Positions 36,520-45,864 of a stretch of 64,000 bases of DNA are shown here, piece by piece (within the stretch, counting starts at the first letter, position 1; every line of letters starts with the position of its first letter). The position numbers were made by a program, and so were the translations under genes. The notes beneath the pieces were generated by a model, which was given only the letters and a program-made list of their open reading frames with translations, did no database searches and was not told the DNA's origin. This stretch comes from an uncultured Steroidobacter sp. (GTDB lineage: Bacteria > Pseudomonadota > Gammaproteobacteria > Steroidobacterales > Steroidobacteraceae). The DNA lies in NCBI GenBank assembly GCA_964457865.1, contig CAYWHG010000001.1:54193-118192 (forward strand). The letters run 5' to 3'.

Positions 36520-39417
36520 ATGCGTAGGCAGAAGCAAGTTGTGAAGGCCGCCAGAAAGGGACAGCGCAATGCCGCGCTGGCCACAACGGCGATTTCGGGC
36601 GGTGTGTTTCTGTGCGCCGCAACAGGCATGGCAGGTGCGGCGGACTCGCCCGAAACTTTAGACATCTCGAAAGTCGACACGGTGGTGGTAACGGGCACCC
36701 GCATCGTGCGTGACGGGTTCGAGGCTCCGACCCCGGTCACCGTTCTGGGCCTTGAGGAAATTCAGCGCGACGCGCCGCAAAACATTGCGGACTTCCTGAA
36801 CAAGCAGCCGGTATTTGCCAACAGCGTTTCGAATACGTTGAGCAACCGCGGCGGCGTCAGCGGCGCGGGTTCGGGTGGCAGCAATGTGAATCTTCGCGGT
36901 ATCGGTGCGAACCGGACGCTGGTGCTGCTTGATGGCGTGCGCATTGTCGCGGGCTCGATCGGCGGCTTCTACAGCAATGGCGGGTCGGTGAACACGAACG
37001 TCATCCCTGACTCCCTGGTCGAGCGCGTTGACGTAGTGACCGGGGGCGCATCGGCGCCCTACGGGTCGGATGCCGTTGCCGGCATCGTCAACTTCATCCT
37101 CGACAAGGATTTCACGGGTTTCAAGGGAACGATGCAGGGCGGTGCTACCTCGGAGGGCGACGACGATCAGTACTCCGTCTCGTTCGCGGGGGGCACGCCG
37201 TTTGCGGATGGGCGTGGTCACATTCTGCTGAGCGCATCGCTCAATGAGATCGATGGCATTCCCGACGGAACAGCGCGTGACTGGTCCGCTGCGGGTTGGG
37301 GGCGAATGGTCAATCCATCCTACACAGCGACCAACGGACAGCCGTACTACCTGCTCCGGCCGGAGATGGGCAGTTCCAGAGTCGCGGCTGGTGGATTGAT
37401 CTCGGGCGGTCCGCTCAGGGGGATCACGTTCGGCGAAGGCGGTGTGCCGCGTGCCTTCAACTACGGTCCTCTCGATGATGGCTCGCTGATGTCGGGCGGC
37501 GATTGGGATGTCGGAACCCAGGGATTCTCCAATGCGAGCCTGGATACGAAGATCAAGCGCACGAATCTGTTCGCGCGCCTGAGTTACAACGTGACCGACA
37601 ACGCCGAAATCTACCTGCAGGTCATGGATTCGGACGCCGATTCGTGGGGCAAGTGCTGCACGATGTCGCGAACAGGCCATACCATTTCCGCAGACAATCC
37701 CTTCATACCGGCCAGCGTTCGTACCCAGATGCAAACGGCGGGTGTGACCTCCTTCCCTCTGGGCATATACATGAGTGAACAGGGGCCGACCGGCGTCAAC
37801 ATCGGTCGTGCGTTCAGTCAGTACATCCTTGGCACGCGCGGCAGCTTCGACATGCTGGGGTCGCCCTGGAAGTGGGATGTATATGCGACAGAAAGCAAGA
37901 ACAGAACGACCGCGATACCCGAGAACGATATCGTCGTTCCCAATCTGTTACTGGCCCTGGATGCCGTGAGCGATCCGGTCAGTGGCCAGCCTGTCTGTCG
38001 TTCGACACTAACCAATCCGGGCAATGGGTGTGTGGCCTGGAACCCGATGGGCGTTGGTATGAACTCGCAGGCAGCCATCGACTACGTCTACCAGGACACG
38101 AGCTGGATGCGCCAGGATCTGACTGAGCGTGTTGCGTCGGCCTCGATCAACGGTGAGCCATTCTCATCATGGGCAGGGCCGGTGTCTCTCGCGCTAGGTG
38201 TCGAGTACCGCCGGGAAGAAGTCGAAACGTGGAGTACAGAACTCGATCAAGCGTCGGCCTTCTACGTCGGCAACTACAAGGAGACCAACGGACACTACGA
38301 CATCAAGGAGGTATTCCTGGAAACCGTCATTCCATTGGCGAAAGACAAGTCCTGGGCGCAGTCGCTGGATTTCAACGCCGCCGTTCGGGCCACGGACTAC
38401 AGCACGTCTGGTTCGGTTGCGACCTGGAAGGTAGGCGCGACCTGGGCGCCCATCGAGGACATCCGCTTCCGTATTACCCGCTCGCTGGACATTCGTTCGC
38501 CGAACATGGGCGAACTGTTCAATGCTGGGTTGACTGCGGTGACCACTGGCCAGCGCGATCCATTCCAGGGAAACCAGACCGTCACCGTCCGCTCGACGCA
38601 GATCGGAAATCCGAATCTCGAACCGGAAGAAGGGGACACGTTCGGTGTAGGCGTCGTGCTCCGGCCGAGGTTCCTGCCGAATCTGTCTGCCTCCATCGAC
38701 TACTACTCCATCGATCTGGACAAGGCGATTACTGCGGTTACGTCGCAGGATCTGCTGGATCTGTGCTACGCCGGGAACCAGGCGCTGTGCGGATTCATCT
38801 CGCGTGACCCGGACGGTACTGTCAGAACGACCCTCATGCCGATCAATGCCGCTGCCCTGGAGACGGAGGGAGTCGACACTGAAGTCACCTACGTTCAGCC
38901 ACTCGGTGACATTGTTGACAGCTGGAGCGGTTCTCTCAGTGCCCGCCTGCTGGTGACGCGCATCATGGATCTGACCACCATCCAGCCAAACGGTACTGAA
39001 TTGCAGGGTGCCGGCGTCACTGGTGGTGCGATGTATCCGATCATGATCGCGCCGGATTGGCGCTATGCGTTGACGCTCACATACAACACCGATGCGCTGA
39101 CTCTGTCGGCAACGGGTCGCGGTTTCAGCGATGGCCTGAAGAACAGTCAGTGGATCGGATGTACCTCCGGCTGCCCGACGTCGACGATACCCAACTACAC
39201 GATTGACAACAACGATATCCCCGGCGCGATCTTTCTGGACATGTCGGCGAGCTATCGTCCGCAGTCTTTCGCTACGGCATTCTCTCCTGAGATCTTCGTT
39301 GCGGTTGACAACGTGACCGACAAGAACCCGATCGGATATGAGGTACTGGACTATGCCCAGACTCCCTGGGACGTGCTGGGCCGGGTATGGCGCGCGGGTA
39401 TCCGGTTCAAGATGTAG
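36520..39417 (+). CDS. TonB-dependent outer membrane receptor
   Basis: TonB box DTVVVTGTRI, VNLRGIGANRTLVLLDG, VERVDVVTGGASAPYGSDAVAGIVNFIL and C-terminal GRVWRAGIRFKM. Confidence 0.93.
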   Translation: MRRQKQVVKAARKGQRNAALATTAISGGVFLCAATGMAGAADSPETLDISKVDTVVVTGTRIVRDGFEAPTPVTVLGLEEIQRDAPQNIADFLNKQPVFANSVSNTLSNRGGVSGAGSGGSNVNLRGIGANRTLVLLDGVRIVAGSIGGFYSNGGSVNTNVIPDSLVERVDVVTGGASAPYGSDAVAGIVNFILDKDFTGFKGTMQGGATSEGDDDQYSVSFAGGTPFADGRGHILLSASLNEIDGIPDGTARDWSAAGWGRMVNPSYTATNGQPYYLLRPEMGSSRVAAGGLISGGPLRGITFGEGGVPRAFNYGPLDDGSLMSGGDWDVGTQGFSNASLDTKIKRTNLFARLSYNVTDNAEIYLQVMDSDADSWGKCCTMSRTGHTISADNPFIPASVRTQMQTAGVTSFPLGIYMSEQGPTGVNIGRAFSQYILGTRGSFDMLGSPWKWDVYATESKNRTTAIPENDIVVPNLLLALDAVSDPVSGQPVCRSTLTNPGNGCVAWNPMGVGMNSQAAIDYVYQDTSWMRQDLTERVASASINGEPFSSWAGPVSLALGVEYRREEVETWSTELDQASAFYVGNYKETNGHYDIKEVFLETVIPLAKDKSWAQSLDFNAAVRATDYSTSGSVATWKVGATWAPIEDIRFRITRSLDIRSPNMGELFNAGLTAVTTGQRDPFQGNQTVTVRSTQIGNPNLEPEEGDTFGVGVVLRPRFLPNLSASIDYYSIDLDKAITAVTSQDLLDLCYAGNQALCGFISRDPDGTVRTTLMPINAAALETEGVDTEVTYVQPLGDIVDSWSGSLSARLLVTRIMDLTTIQPNGTELQGAGVTGGAMYPIMIAPDWRYALTLTYNTDALTLSATGRGFSDGLKNSQWIGCTSGCPTSTIPNYTIDNNDIPGAIFLDMSASYRPQSFATAFSPEIFVAVDNVTDKNPIGYEVLDYAQTPWDVLGRVWRAGIRFKM

Positions 39418-39446
39418 TTTGAGCGATGCTGTCATAGCATGAACCG

Positions 39447-39486
39447 AGGGCGCGACATGGAAGTCCATGTCGCGCCCTTCTTGTTT
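39447..39486 (+). terminator. Rho-independent terminator after the TonB receptor
   Basis: AGGGCGCGACATGGA / TCCATGTCGCGCCCT perfect inverted repeat followed by TCTTGTTT. Confidence 0.75.
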
Positions 39487-39531
39487 CTCGGGCACGTGCG
39501 TGTCCTGTGTGCACCAGAGGGAAGAGGCCAG

Positions 39532-41058
39532 ATGACCCCGACGAAGAAAGAGCTCTCCAGCACGAAAACGAAAGTGCTCTATGGCCTTGGCTCGGTTGCT
39601 TTCGGGATCAAGGACAACGGCTTCAATATCCTGCTGCTGTTGTTCTACAACCAGGTGATCGGTCTGCCTGCGCATCTCGTCAGCGGCGCGATCGCCATCG
39701 TGCTGGTCGTCGAAGGGTTGCTTGATCCGATCATCGGGCAGATATCGGACAACTTCCGCTCCAGGTGGGGGCGGCGCCATCCATTCATGTATGCAGCCGC
39801 CATTCCGGTTGCGGCTTCCTATCTGCTCCTCTGGAATCCGCCGGAGATGTCGCAGTACGCGACGCTGGTCTACCTGGTGTCTGTCGCACTGGTTGTGCGC
39901 CTCTTCATCAGCCTCTACGAAATTCCGAGTGCCGCGCTCGTGCCGGAGCTGAGCAAGGACTATGACAATCGAACTTCCTTCCTGGCCTTTCGCAGCTGCT
40001 TTACCTGGTATGGCGGTCTGTCGATGTCGTTTCTGGTCTTCCGTGTATTCCTCGCACCGGATGCCGAGCATCCGGTCGGGCAGCTCAATAGAGACGGATA
40101 CGCGCTCTATGGAATCGTTGCGGCGATAATCATGTTCTCGGTCATCATGATCTCGGCGCTCAGCACCCATCGGTTCATTCCGCTGTTCCTGAAACCTGAA
40201 GCGCGTCAGTTGAACCTCCGGCAGTTCTTTCATGAACTTTTCACCACCGTGAAGAACCGGAGCTTTCTGATCGTGATGTCGAGCTCGATGCTTGCCTACA
40301 TTTCCACGGGGCTGCAGCAGGGATTGTGGATCTATTTTCTCAGCTATTTCTGGGAACTCGACAACGTCGACATGTCGAAGCTGACGCTTTCCTGGATCGT
40401 CGCGGTGTTTCTGGCATTCTTCCTGGCGCCGCGGGTTTCTGCGGCCTTCGGCAAGCGCAACGGCGTGATGCTGCTTTATTCGGTGGGATTCGTGATCAGC
40501 GTGGCGCCCCTGGCGCTGCGGCTGCTGGGATGGTTCCCTGAGAACGGTACGCAGACCATGCTGTGGTGGCTGCTGGTGTGTACGGCCCTCGGTGGGGCGC
40601 TTACGAGTGCAAGCTGGATCCTGACACCATCGATGCTTTCCGACGTCGTGGAAGACAGCGAGCTGAAAACCGGCCGTCGTTCCGAAGGCGTCTTCTTCGC
40701 CGGCGCCGCCTTTCTGCAGAAGACGATGACGGGTCTGGGGACGTTCTGTTCAGGACTGCTGCTCACGATGGTTGCGTTTCCGCAAGCGGCCCAGCCTGGA
40801 CAGGTCAATCCCGGGACCCTGAACAGCCTGGTGCTCTGGTTTGTGGTAGCGGCGACATTGCTGCACCTCGGTGCGCTCCTCATCATCCGTTCTTACAAGA
40901 TCACTCGAGAGAGCCACGCCGAGAATCTGCGCCAACTGGAGGCAAGGGCTGCGGCGCTCGAAGCAGGCGTAGCCGTCGCTGTCGAGCACCCTCATTCGTC
41001 CGAGTCCGGACACGCGCGTCCCAGTGCGACGCAGAAGCCGGGCTACTCGACCGAATAG
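39532..41058 (+). CDS. GPH-family (MelB-like) MFS transporter
   Basis: LYGLGSVAFG, DPIIGQISDNFRSRWGRRHPF and SDVVEDSELKTGRRSEG. Confidence 0.9.
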   Translation: MTPTKKELSSTKTKVLYGLGSVAFGIKDNGFNILLLLFYNQVIGLPAHLVSGAIAIVLVVEGLLDPIIGQISDNFRSRWGRRHPFMYAAAIPVAASYLLLWNPPEMSQYATLVYLVSVALVVRLFISLYEIPSAALVPELSKDYDNRTSFLAFRSCFTWYGGLSMSFLVFRVFLAPDAEHPVGQLNRDGYALYGIVAAIIMFSVIMISALSTHRFIPLFLKPEARQLNLRQFFHELFTTVKNRSFLIVMSSSMLAYISTGLQQGLWIYFLSYFWELDNVDMSKLTLSWIVAVFLAFFLAPRVSAAFGKRNGVMLLYSVGFVISVAPLALRLLGWFPENGTQTMLWWLLVCTALGGALTSASWILTPSMLSDVVEDSELKTGRRSEGVFFAGAAFLQKTMTGLGTFCSGLLLTMVAFPQAAQPGQVNPGTLNSLVLWFVVAATLLHLGALLIIRSYKITRESHAENLRQLEARAAALEAGVAVAVEHPHSSESGHARPSATQKPGYSTE

Positions 41059-41351
41059 ACCTTCCGAAATCTCGTCGACTGCCCGGCCGTCGGTCGGGCT
41101 GTCGGCATATTTCCGATCGCCGACTCCGTCGTGAAGCTCTTCAACGAAGGGAAGTCGCTCCGCTGTCTTGCATTCGCTGTTCCGCGGTCGTCGCGTGCAA
41201 TCGTCTGCTTCTTTGTGCGATGCGACGGTATATGGGCGGTGCCGGAAGCGTCAGTTACGATCTTCCACTATGGGAACGACGGTGCTAAATTCCGACCACG
41301 CACTCATCCGAGTGGTTCACTTCAACCAGCTGAAATCCGCAGGAGCGTCTT

Positions 41352-42371
41352 ATGGCAGTCACTCAAACTCGTGATCCGCGCGGCCAGATTCTCGACGACG
41401 CAGCGAGCATCGCTCTCATCGACAATCCGGATTCGACGGAGGAAATTCCGACACTCGACTTCGCACCCTATCTGTCGGGCGCGCCGGGCGGGCGCGAAGC
41501 GGTCGCGGCGCATCTGCGCGAAATCACCATGACGGTAGGTTTCTTCTATCTGAAGAACCATGGCATCCCGCAGGACGTCATCGACAATGTCTTTGATGCA
41601 TCGCGGCGTTTCCACGCCATGCCCGTGGAAGAAAAGCAGAAGCTCGCATTCAACGATAGCGAGGGTTGGAAGCTGGGCTATATCGGATTTCCCACCGAGG
41701 CGCGAAAGGTGAACAACGTCGGCATCGTCAGCGACGTCAAGCCGAACGTCATGGAGCAGTTCACGGTCTATCCGGAGGGACCTGGCAGCGAGAACCGCTG
41801 GCCGGAGAATCTGCCAGGCTTCAAGGAAGCCGTGGATACGTATCACCGGGCAATCGACAAGCTGTCGCGCAGTTTCCTGCCGTTGTGGGCGACTGGACTG
41901 AAGTTGCCGCTCGACTACTTCGACGAGGCATTCAGGAAGCCGCATCTGCAGCTCTCGCTGCTGCACTATCCGCCGCAGAAGCAGACGGGCAATCGGCAGT
42001 ATGGGATTCAGCCGCACACCGACAATTCGACGATGACCTTCCTGGCGCAGGACAGCGTCTCTGGTCTCGCGGTGCGTATGCCTTCCGGGCGCTGGCGCGC
42101 CGTGAGCGCCGTGCCGGGCGCGCTCCTGGTGAACACGGGCAATTCACTCGTGCGGTGGACGAACGAGGAATATCTCTCGACCAAGCACCGTGTGATCAAC
42201 ACCAACACGGTGGATCGCTATTCGATCCCGGTGTTCTACGGACCCAGCGACGACACCGTGATCGATGTTCTGCCGTCCTGCAAAGGCCCGGATCGGCCGG
42301 CGCTGTATGAGCCCGTTACATACGGGGAGATGCGTCGCTGGTACTACAACAAGCCGAAGACGGGCGCGTAG
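41352..42371 (+). CDS. 2-oxoglutarate/Fe(II) oxygenase, isopenicillin N synthase family
   Basis: IPTLDF..GFFYLKNHGI, HTD...H triad and RYSIPVF. Confidence 0.9.
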   Translation: MAVTQTRDPRGQILDDAASIALIDNPDSTEEIPTLDFAPYLSGAPGGREAVAAHLREITMTVGFFYLKNHGIPQDVIDNVFDASRRFHAMPVEEKQKLAFNDSEGWKLGYIGFPTEARKVNNVGIVSDVKPNVMEQFTVYPEGPGSENRWPENLPGFKEAVDTYHRAIDKLSRSFLPLWATGLKLPLDYFDEAFRKPHLQLSLLHYPPQKQTGNRQYGIQPHTDNSTMTFLAQDSVSGLAVRMPSGRWRAVSAVPGALLVNTGNSLVRWTNEEYLSTKHRVINTNTVDRYSIPVFYGPSDDTVIDVLPSCKGPDRPALYEPVTYGEMRRWYYNKPKTGA

Positions 42372-42418
42372 TTCGATCCTGCAGTTGCAGACCGATAGAC
42401 ACGCAGACGTCCGCATGG

Positions 42419-42449
42419 CCGGTCCGCAGCTGCCGAGGCTGCGGACCGG
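42419..42449. terminator. Intergenic 12-bp hairpin
   Basis: CCGGTCCGCAGC-N7-GCTGCGGACCGG; no U-tract. Confidence 0.45.
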
Positions 42450-42512
42450 GCAGGCGGAATCTGCCGATGCCGCATGGCAATCATTTCTCAAAAAGGAAAA
42501 AGGGGAGAGTAC

Positions 42513-44207
42513 ATGTCCGGTTCATGCACGTTGTTGTCTGCGTCCGCGAAAGATCGAGGGCGCCAGCGTTCGTTCTCGCGCCGCCGCGTTACGCTGAGCG
42601 CCTGGCTTGCGATTGCCTGTTCGCCGTTCGCCATGAGTGCGATGGCCGGACACAACGCTCCTGACCATGCACGTGGGCATTCACGAGGGCATGATTACCA
42701 CCCGGATTCCAGGCATCAGCCGATCGTCGGAACGCAGTCCGGATTGATCCGGGGCGTTGCCGAGCGCGACTCCCTGAAATTTCTCGGCGTTCCCTATGCC
42801 AAGCCTCCCGTCGGCGAACTGCGCTGGGCCAATCCAGTGGCGCCGGATCGATGGCGTGGAGTGCGGAGTGCAACCGAGTACGCAAGCGCATGTCCACAAG
42901 TGAAGGAGCTGGGCGATTTCGCGTCCCCCAGTACGACCGAGGACTGTCTCTATCTCAACGTATTCGCTCCCAGGGAGGGACGAAGGCGCCCCGTGATGGT
43001 GTGGCTGCATGGCGGTGGCTCCACGGGACATGCCGGCGGCCACGATGGCAGTGCGCTCGCGAGAGAGCAGGGTGTCGTTGTCGTCACTGTCAATTTCCGG
43101 ATCGGCGCGCTTGGCGATCTGGTTCATCCCGCGCTGGACAATGGTGGTGCCACGACTCTTTATGAGTTGCGCGATCAGCAATTCGCGCTCAAGTGGGTCC
43201 GGGAGAACATTGCGAATTTCGGCGGCGATCCCGGCAACGTGACGCTCTTCGGGGAATCGCTCGGAGGTGCGGCGATCCAGCTGCACATGGTCTCGCCCAC
43301 CGCAAGGAATCTGTTTCACAAGGCTATCTTCCAGAGCGGTCCGTCTCGCTATTACAACCGGCTGGTCCCACTGGCCGAAGCCGAAGCGCGCGGCCAGGCG
43401 TTTGCAACGGCGGTCGGATGCCCCGATCAGACAGCGCAGTGTCTGCGCAACGTGCCTGTGAGCACGATTCTGGAGGCCCAGGGATATTTCGCCGGCACGT
43501 GCTGCTCGGCGTTTCCTGTAAACGATGGCCATGTCCTGACGTCGTCGGTCTATGACGCGATCAGATCGGGTCAGTTCAATCGCGTGCCGTTCCTCGACGT
43601 AACGAATCGCGACGAGTACCGATGGTTCGTAGCCTTTACCGAAGTGGGTACCGGCCACGCCATTACGGCCGCGGAGTATCCGGCGCGACTGCAGGCATCA
43701 TTCGGCGCCAATGCAGCAGCCGTCGAGGCTGCGTATCCGCTGAGCGAGTTCGATTCGCCCAGTGGCGCACTCGGCGCCGCGCAGGGTGATCGCGCCTATC
43801 CGTGTCAGGTACGAAATTTCGATGTGGACGCCTCGAAGTATGTTCGGGTCTATGCGGCCGAGTTCAATGACCCGACCTCGCCCGAAGACGTGCTGCCACC
43901 CGTTTCCTTTCCGTATCTTTCATCGCACACCCACGAGATTCCGTACATCTTTCCCGGATGGAATGGCGATTCCCCGAATCGACCCACGCGCCTGAATCGC
44001 GACCAGGAGAAGCTGGCGAAGAACATGCGCGAGCTGTGGGCAACATTTGCGAAGAAGGGCGCATTGCCCGGTTACCCGACGCTGACCAGGCATCGGGAGG
44101 CGGTGATCTCACTGGAGATTCCAAAGCTTCGCGTCATCTCGGACTTCAGCGAAGTTCACCGGTGTGATCTGTGGAATTCGATCCGGAACTGGACGCCGGT
44201 TCAGTAG
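42513..44207 (+). CDS. Secreted type-B carboxylesterase
   Basis: FLGVPYAKPPVGELRW, EDCLYLNV, WLHGGG and FGGDPGNVTLFGESLGG. Confidence 0.92.
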   Translation: MSGSCTLLSASAKDRGRQRSFSRRRVTLSAWLAIACSPFAMSAMAGHNAPDHARGHSRGHDYHPDSRHQPIVGTQSGLIRGVAERDSLKFLGVPYAKPPVGELRWANPVAPDRWRGVRSATEYASACPQVKELGDFASPSTTEDCLYLNVFAPREGRRRPVMVWLHGGGSTGHAGGHDGSALAREQGVVVVTVNFRIGALGDLVHPALDNGGATTLYELRDQQFALKWVRENIANFGGDPGNVTLFGESLGGAAIQLHMVSPTARNLFHKAIFQSGPSRYYNRLVPLAEAEARGQAFATAVGCPDQTAQCLRNVPVSTILEAQGYFAGTCCSAFPVNDGHVLTSSVYDAIRSGQFNRVPFLDVTNRDEYRWFVAFTEVGTGHAITAAEYPARLQASFGANAAAVEAAYPLSEFDSPSGALGAAQGDRAYPCQVRNFDVDASKYVRVYAAEFNDPTSPEDVLPPVSFPYLSSHTHEIPYIFPGWNGDSPNRPTRLNRDQEKLAKNMRELWATFAKKGALPGYPTLTRHREAVISLEIPKLRVISDFSEVHRCDLWNSIRNWTPVQ

Positions 44208-44220
44208 AGCTCTCTCCATC

Positions 44221-44257
44221 CCGGGTGCTCGTCCGCAACGACAGGACGAGCACCCGG
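44221..44257. terminator. Intergenic 14-bp perfect hairpin
   Basis: CCGGGTGCTCGTCC-N9-GGACGAGCACCCGG just after the esterase stop. Confidence 0.55.
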
Positions 44258-44346
44258 ACGCGCTCGTCGTTCGCGTTCACGCGACTGCGCCGCGGCCACC
44301 TCGTGCCTGCGGTGTAGCGTCTTCTCTGTCGCTTGTTGAGTGAGTC

Positions 44347-45825
44347 ATGGTTGCACTTCCGAAAACGCAGCTGCCCAGCCTGCGTGACATGTCACTGTTC
44401 CGTCAGCAGGCGTTCATCGGAGGGTGCTGGGAGGATGCGTCCGACGGACGGATCAGGCACGTATTCAATCCCGCCAATGGCAACCTGGTCGGGACCGTTC
44501 CCAATCTGGGCGCCGATGCCGCACGGCGTGCCATCGATGCAGCCAGCCACGCCCTTCCGGAATGGCGCTCGCGCACCGCGAAGGCCCGCGCGATGCTGCT
44601 GCGCAAGTGGTGCGACCTGGTGCTGGAGAACCTGGAGGATCTCGCCGTCCTGATGACGGTCGAACAGGGCAAGCCGCTCGTCGAGAGTCGCGGCGAAATT
44701 GCTTCTTCCGCCTCGTTCATCGAATGGTTTGCCGAGGAGAGCAAGCGGGTCTACGGAGATGTCATTCCGTCGCATGGGGCGGATAAACGAATTGTCGTTC
44801 TGAAGCAGCCGATCGGTGTGACGGCGGCCATCACGCCCTGGAACTTTCCCAGCGCGATGATTGCGCGCAAGGCGGCGCCGGCGCTGGCCGCGGGCTGCAC
44901 CATGGTGATCAAGCCCGCCGAACTCACGCCCTATTCTGCGCTCGCGCTGGCCGTACTTGCAGAGCGAGCTGGCATTCCCGCGGGTGTCATCTCCGTCGTC
45001 ACAGGCGACCCGCAACCGATCGGTGCGGAGTTCACGCGCAATCGGCTCGTGCGCAAGCTGAGTTTTACCGGCTCCACCGCGGTCGGCAAGTTGCTGATGC
45101 AGCAGTGCGCGACGAACGTCACCAAGGTGTCGCTGGAACTCGGCGGCAACGCGCCCTTCATCGTGTTCGATGACGCGGATCTCGATGCTGCAGTCGCTGG
45201 CGCGCTCGCCTCGAAGTATCGCAATGCCGGTCAGACATGCGTCTGTGCCAATCGAATGTTCGTGCAGAGCAGCATCTACGATCGCTTCGCCGGGAAACTC
45301 GCGGAGGCAGTGCGGGCGATGAACGTGGGCGACGGACTGCACAAGGACACCCGCATCGGCCCGCTGATCAGCGACAGCGCCGTCGCCAAAGTGGAGAGCC
45401 ATGTGCAGGATGCGGTGGCCAAGGGGGCGGCAGTGATGTGCGGCGGCGAGCGCATCAGCGGCCCCGGCCATTTCTATGCGCCGACGGTGCTCACGGGTGT
45501 GACGGCGGACATGCGTGCCATGAGAGAGGAGACATTCGGTCCGCTCGCACCGCTCATGAAGTTCGACACCGAGCAGGAAGTCATTGCACTGGCGAACGCC
45601 TCGGAGTTGGGCCTGGCGAGTTACTTCTTCAGTCGCGACATCGGGCGCATCTGGCGGGTCGCAGAGGCGATCGAGAGCGGGATGGTCGGAATCAACGAAG
45701 GGATCATTTCGACCGAGGCCGCGCCTTTCGGTGGCATCAAGCAAAGCGGGCTCGGCCGCGAAGGATCGAAGTACGGCATCGAGGACTATCTGGAGATCAA
45801 GTATCTCTGCTTCGGCGGCCTCTAG
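44347..45825 (+). CDS. gabD: NAD(P)-dependent succinate-semialdehyde dehydrogenase
   Basis: EQGKPL, ITPWNFPSAMIARK, LELGGNAP, KYRNAGQTCVCANR and EGSKYGIEDYLEIKY. Confidence 0.9.
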   Translation: MVALPKTQLPSLRDMSLFRQQAFIGGCWEDASDGRIRHVFNPANGNLVGTVPNLGADAARRAIDAASHALPEWRSRTAKARAMLLRKWCDLVLENLEDLAVLMTVEQGKPLVESRGEIASSASFIEWFAEESKRVYGDVIPSHGADKRIVVLKQPIGVTAAITPWNFPSAMIARKAAPALAAGCTMVIKPAELTPYSALALAVLAERAGIPAGVISVVTGDPQPIGAEFTRNRLVRKLSFTGSTAVGKLLMQQCATNVTKVSLELGGNAPFIVFDDADLDAAVAGALASKYRNAGQTCVCANRMFVQSSIYDRFAGKLAEAVRAMNVGDGLHKDTRIGPLISDSAVAKVESHVQDAVAKGAAVMCGGERISGPGHFYAPTVLTGVTADMRAMREETFGPLAPLMKFDTEQEVIALANASELGLASYFFSRDIGRIWRVAEAIESGMVGINEGIISTEAAPFGGIKQSGLGREGSKYGIEDYLEIKYLCFGGL

Positions 45826-45864
45826 CGGGTTGGTACGACGCGCGGAACTTGTTGGGCAATCGCA

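Noticed and set aside
38194-40233. Long antisense ORFs (e.g. 38194-40233, 55077-57509, 44392-46149, 250-1875)
   Set aside because: They are shadows of strongly supported genes on the opposite strand, as expected in high-GC DNA; no motifs.
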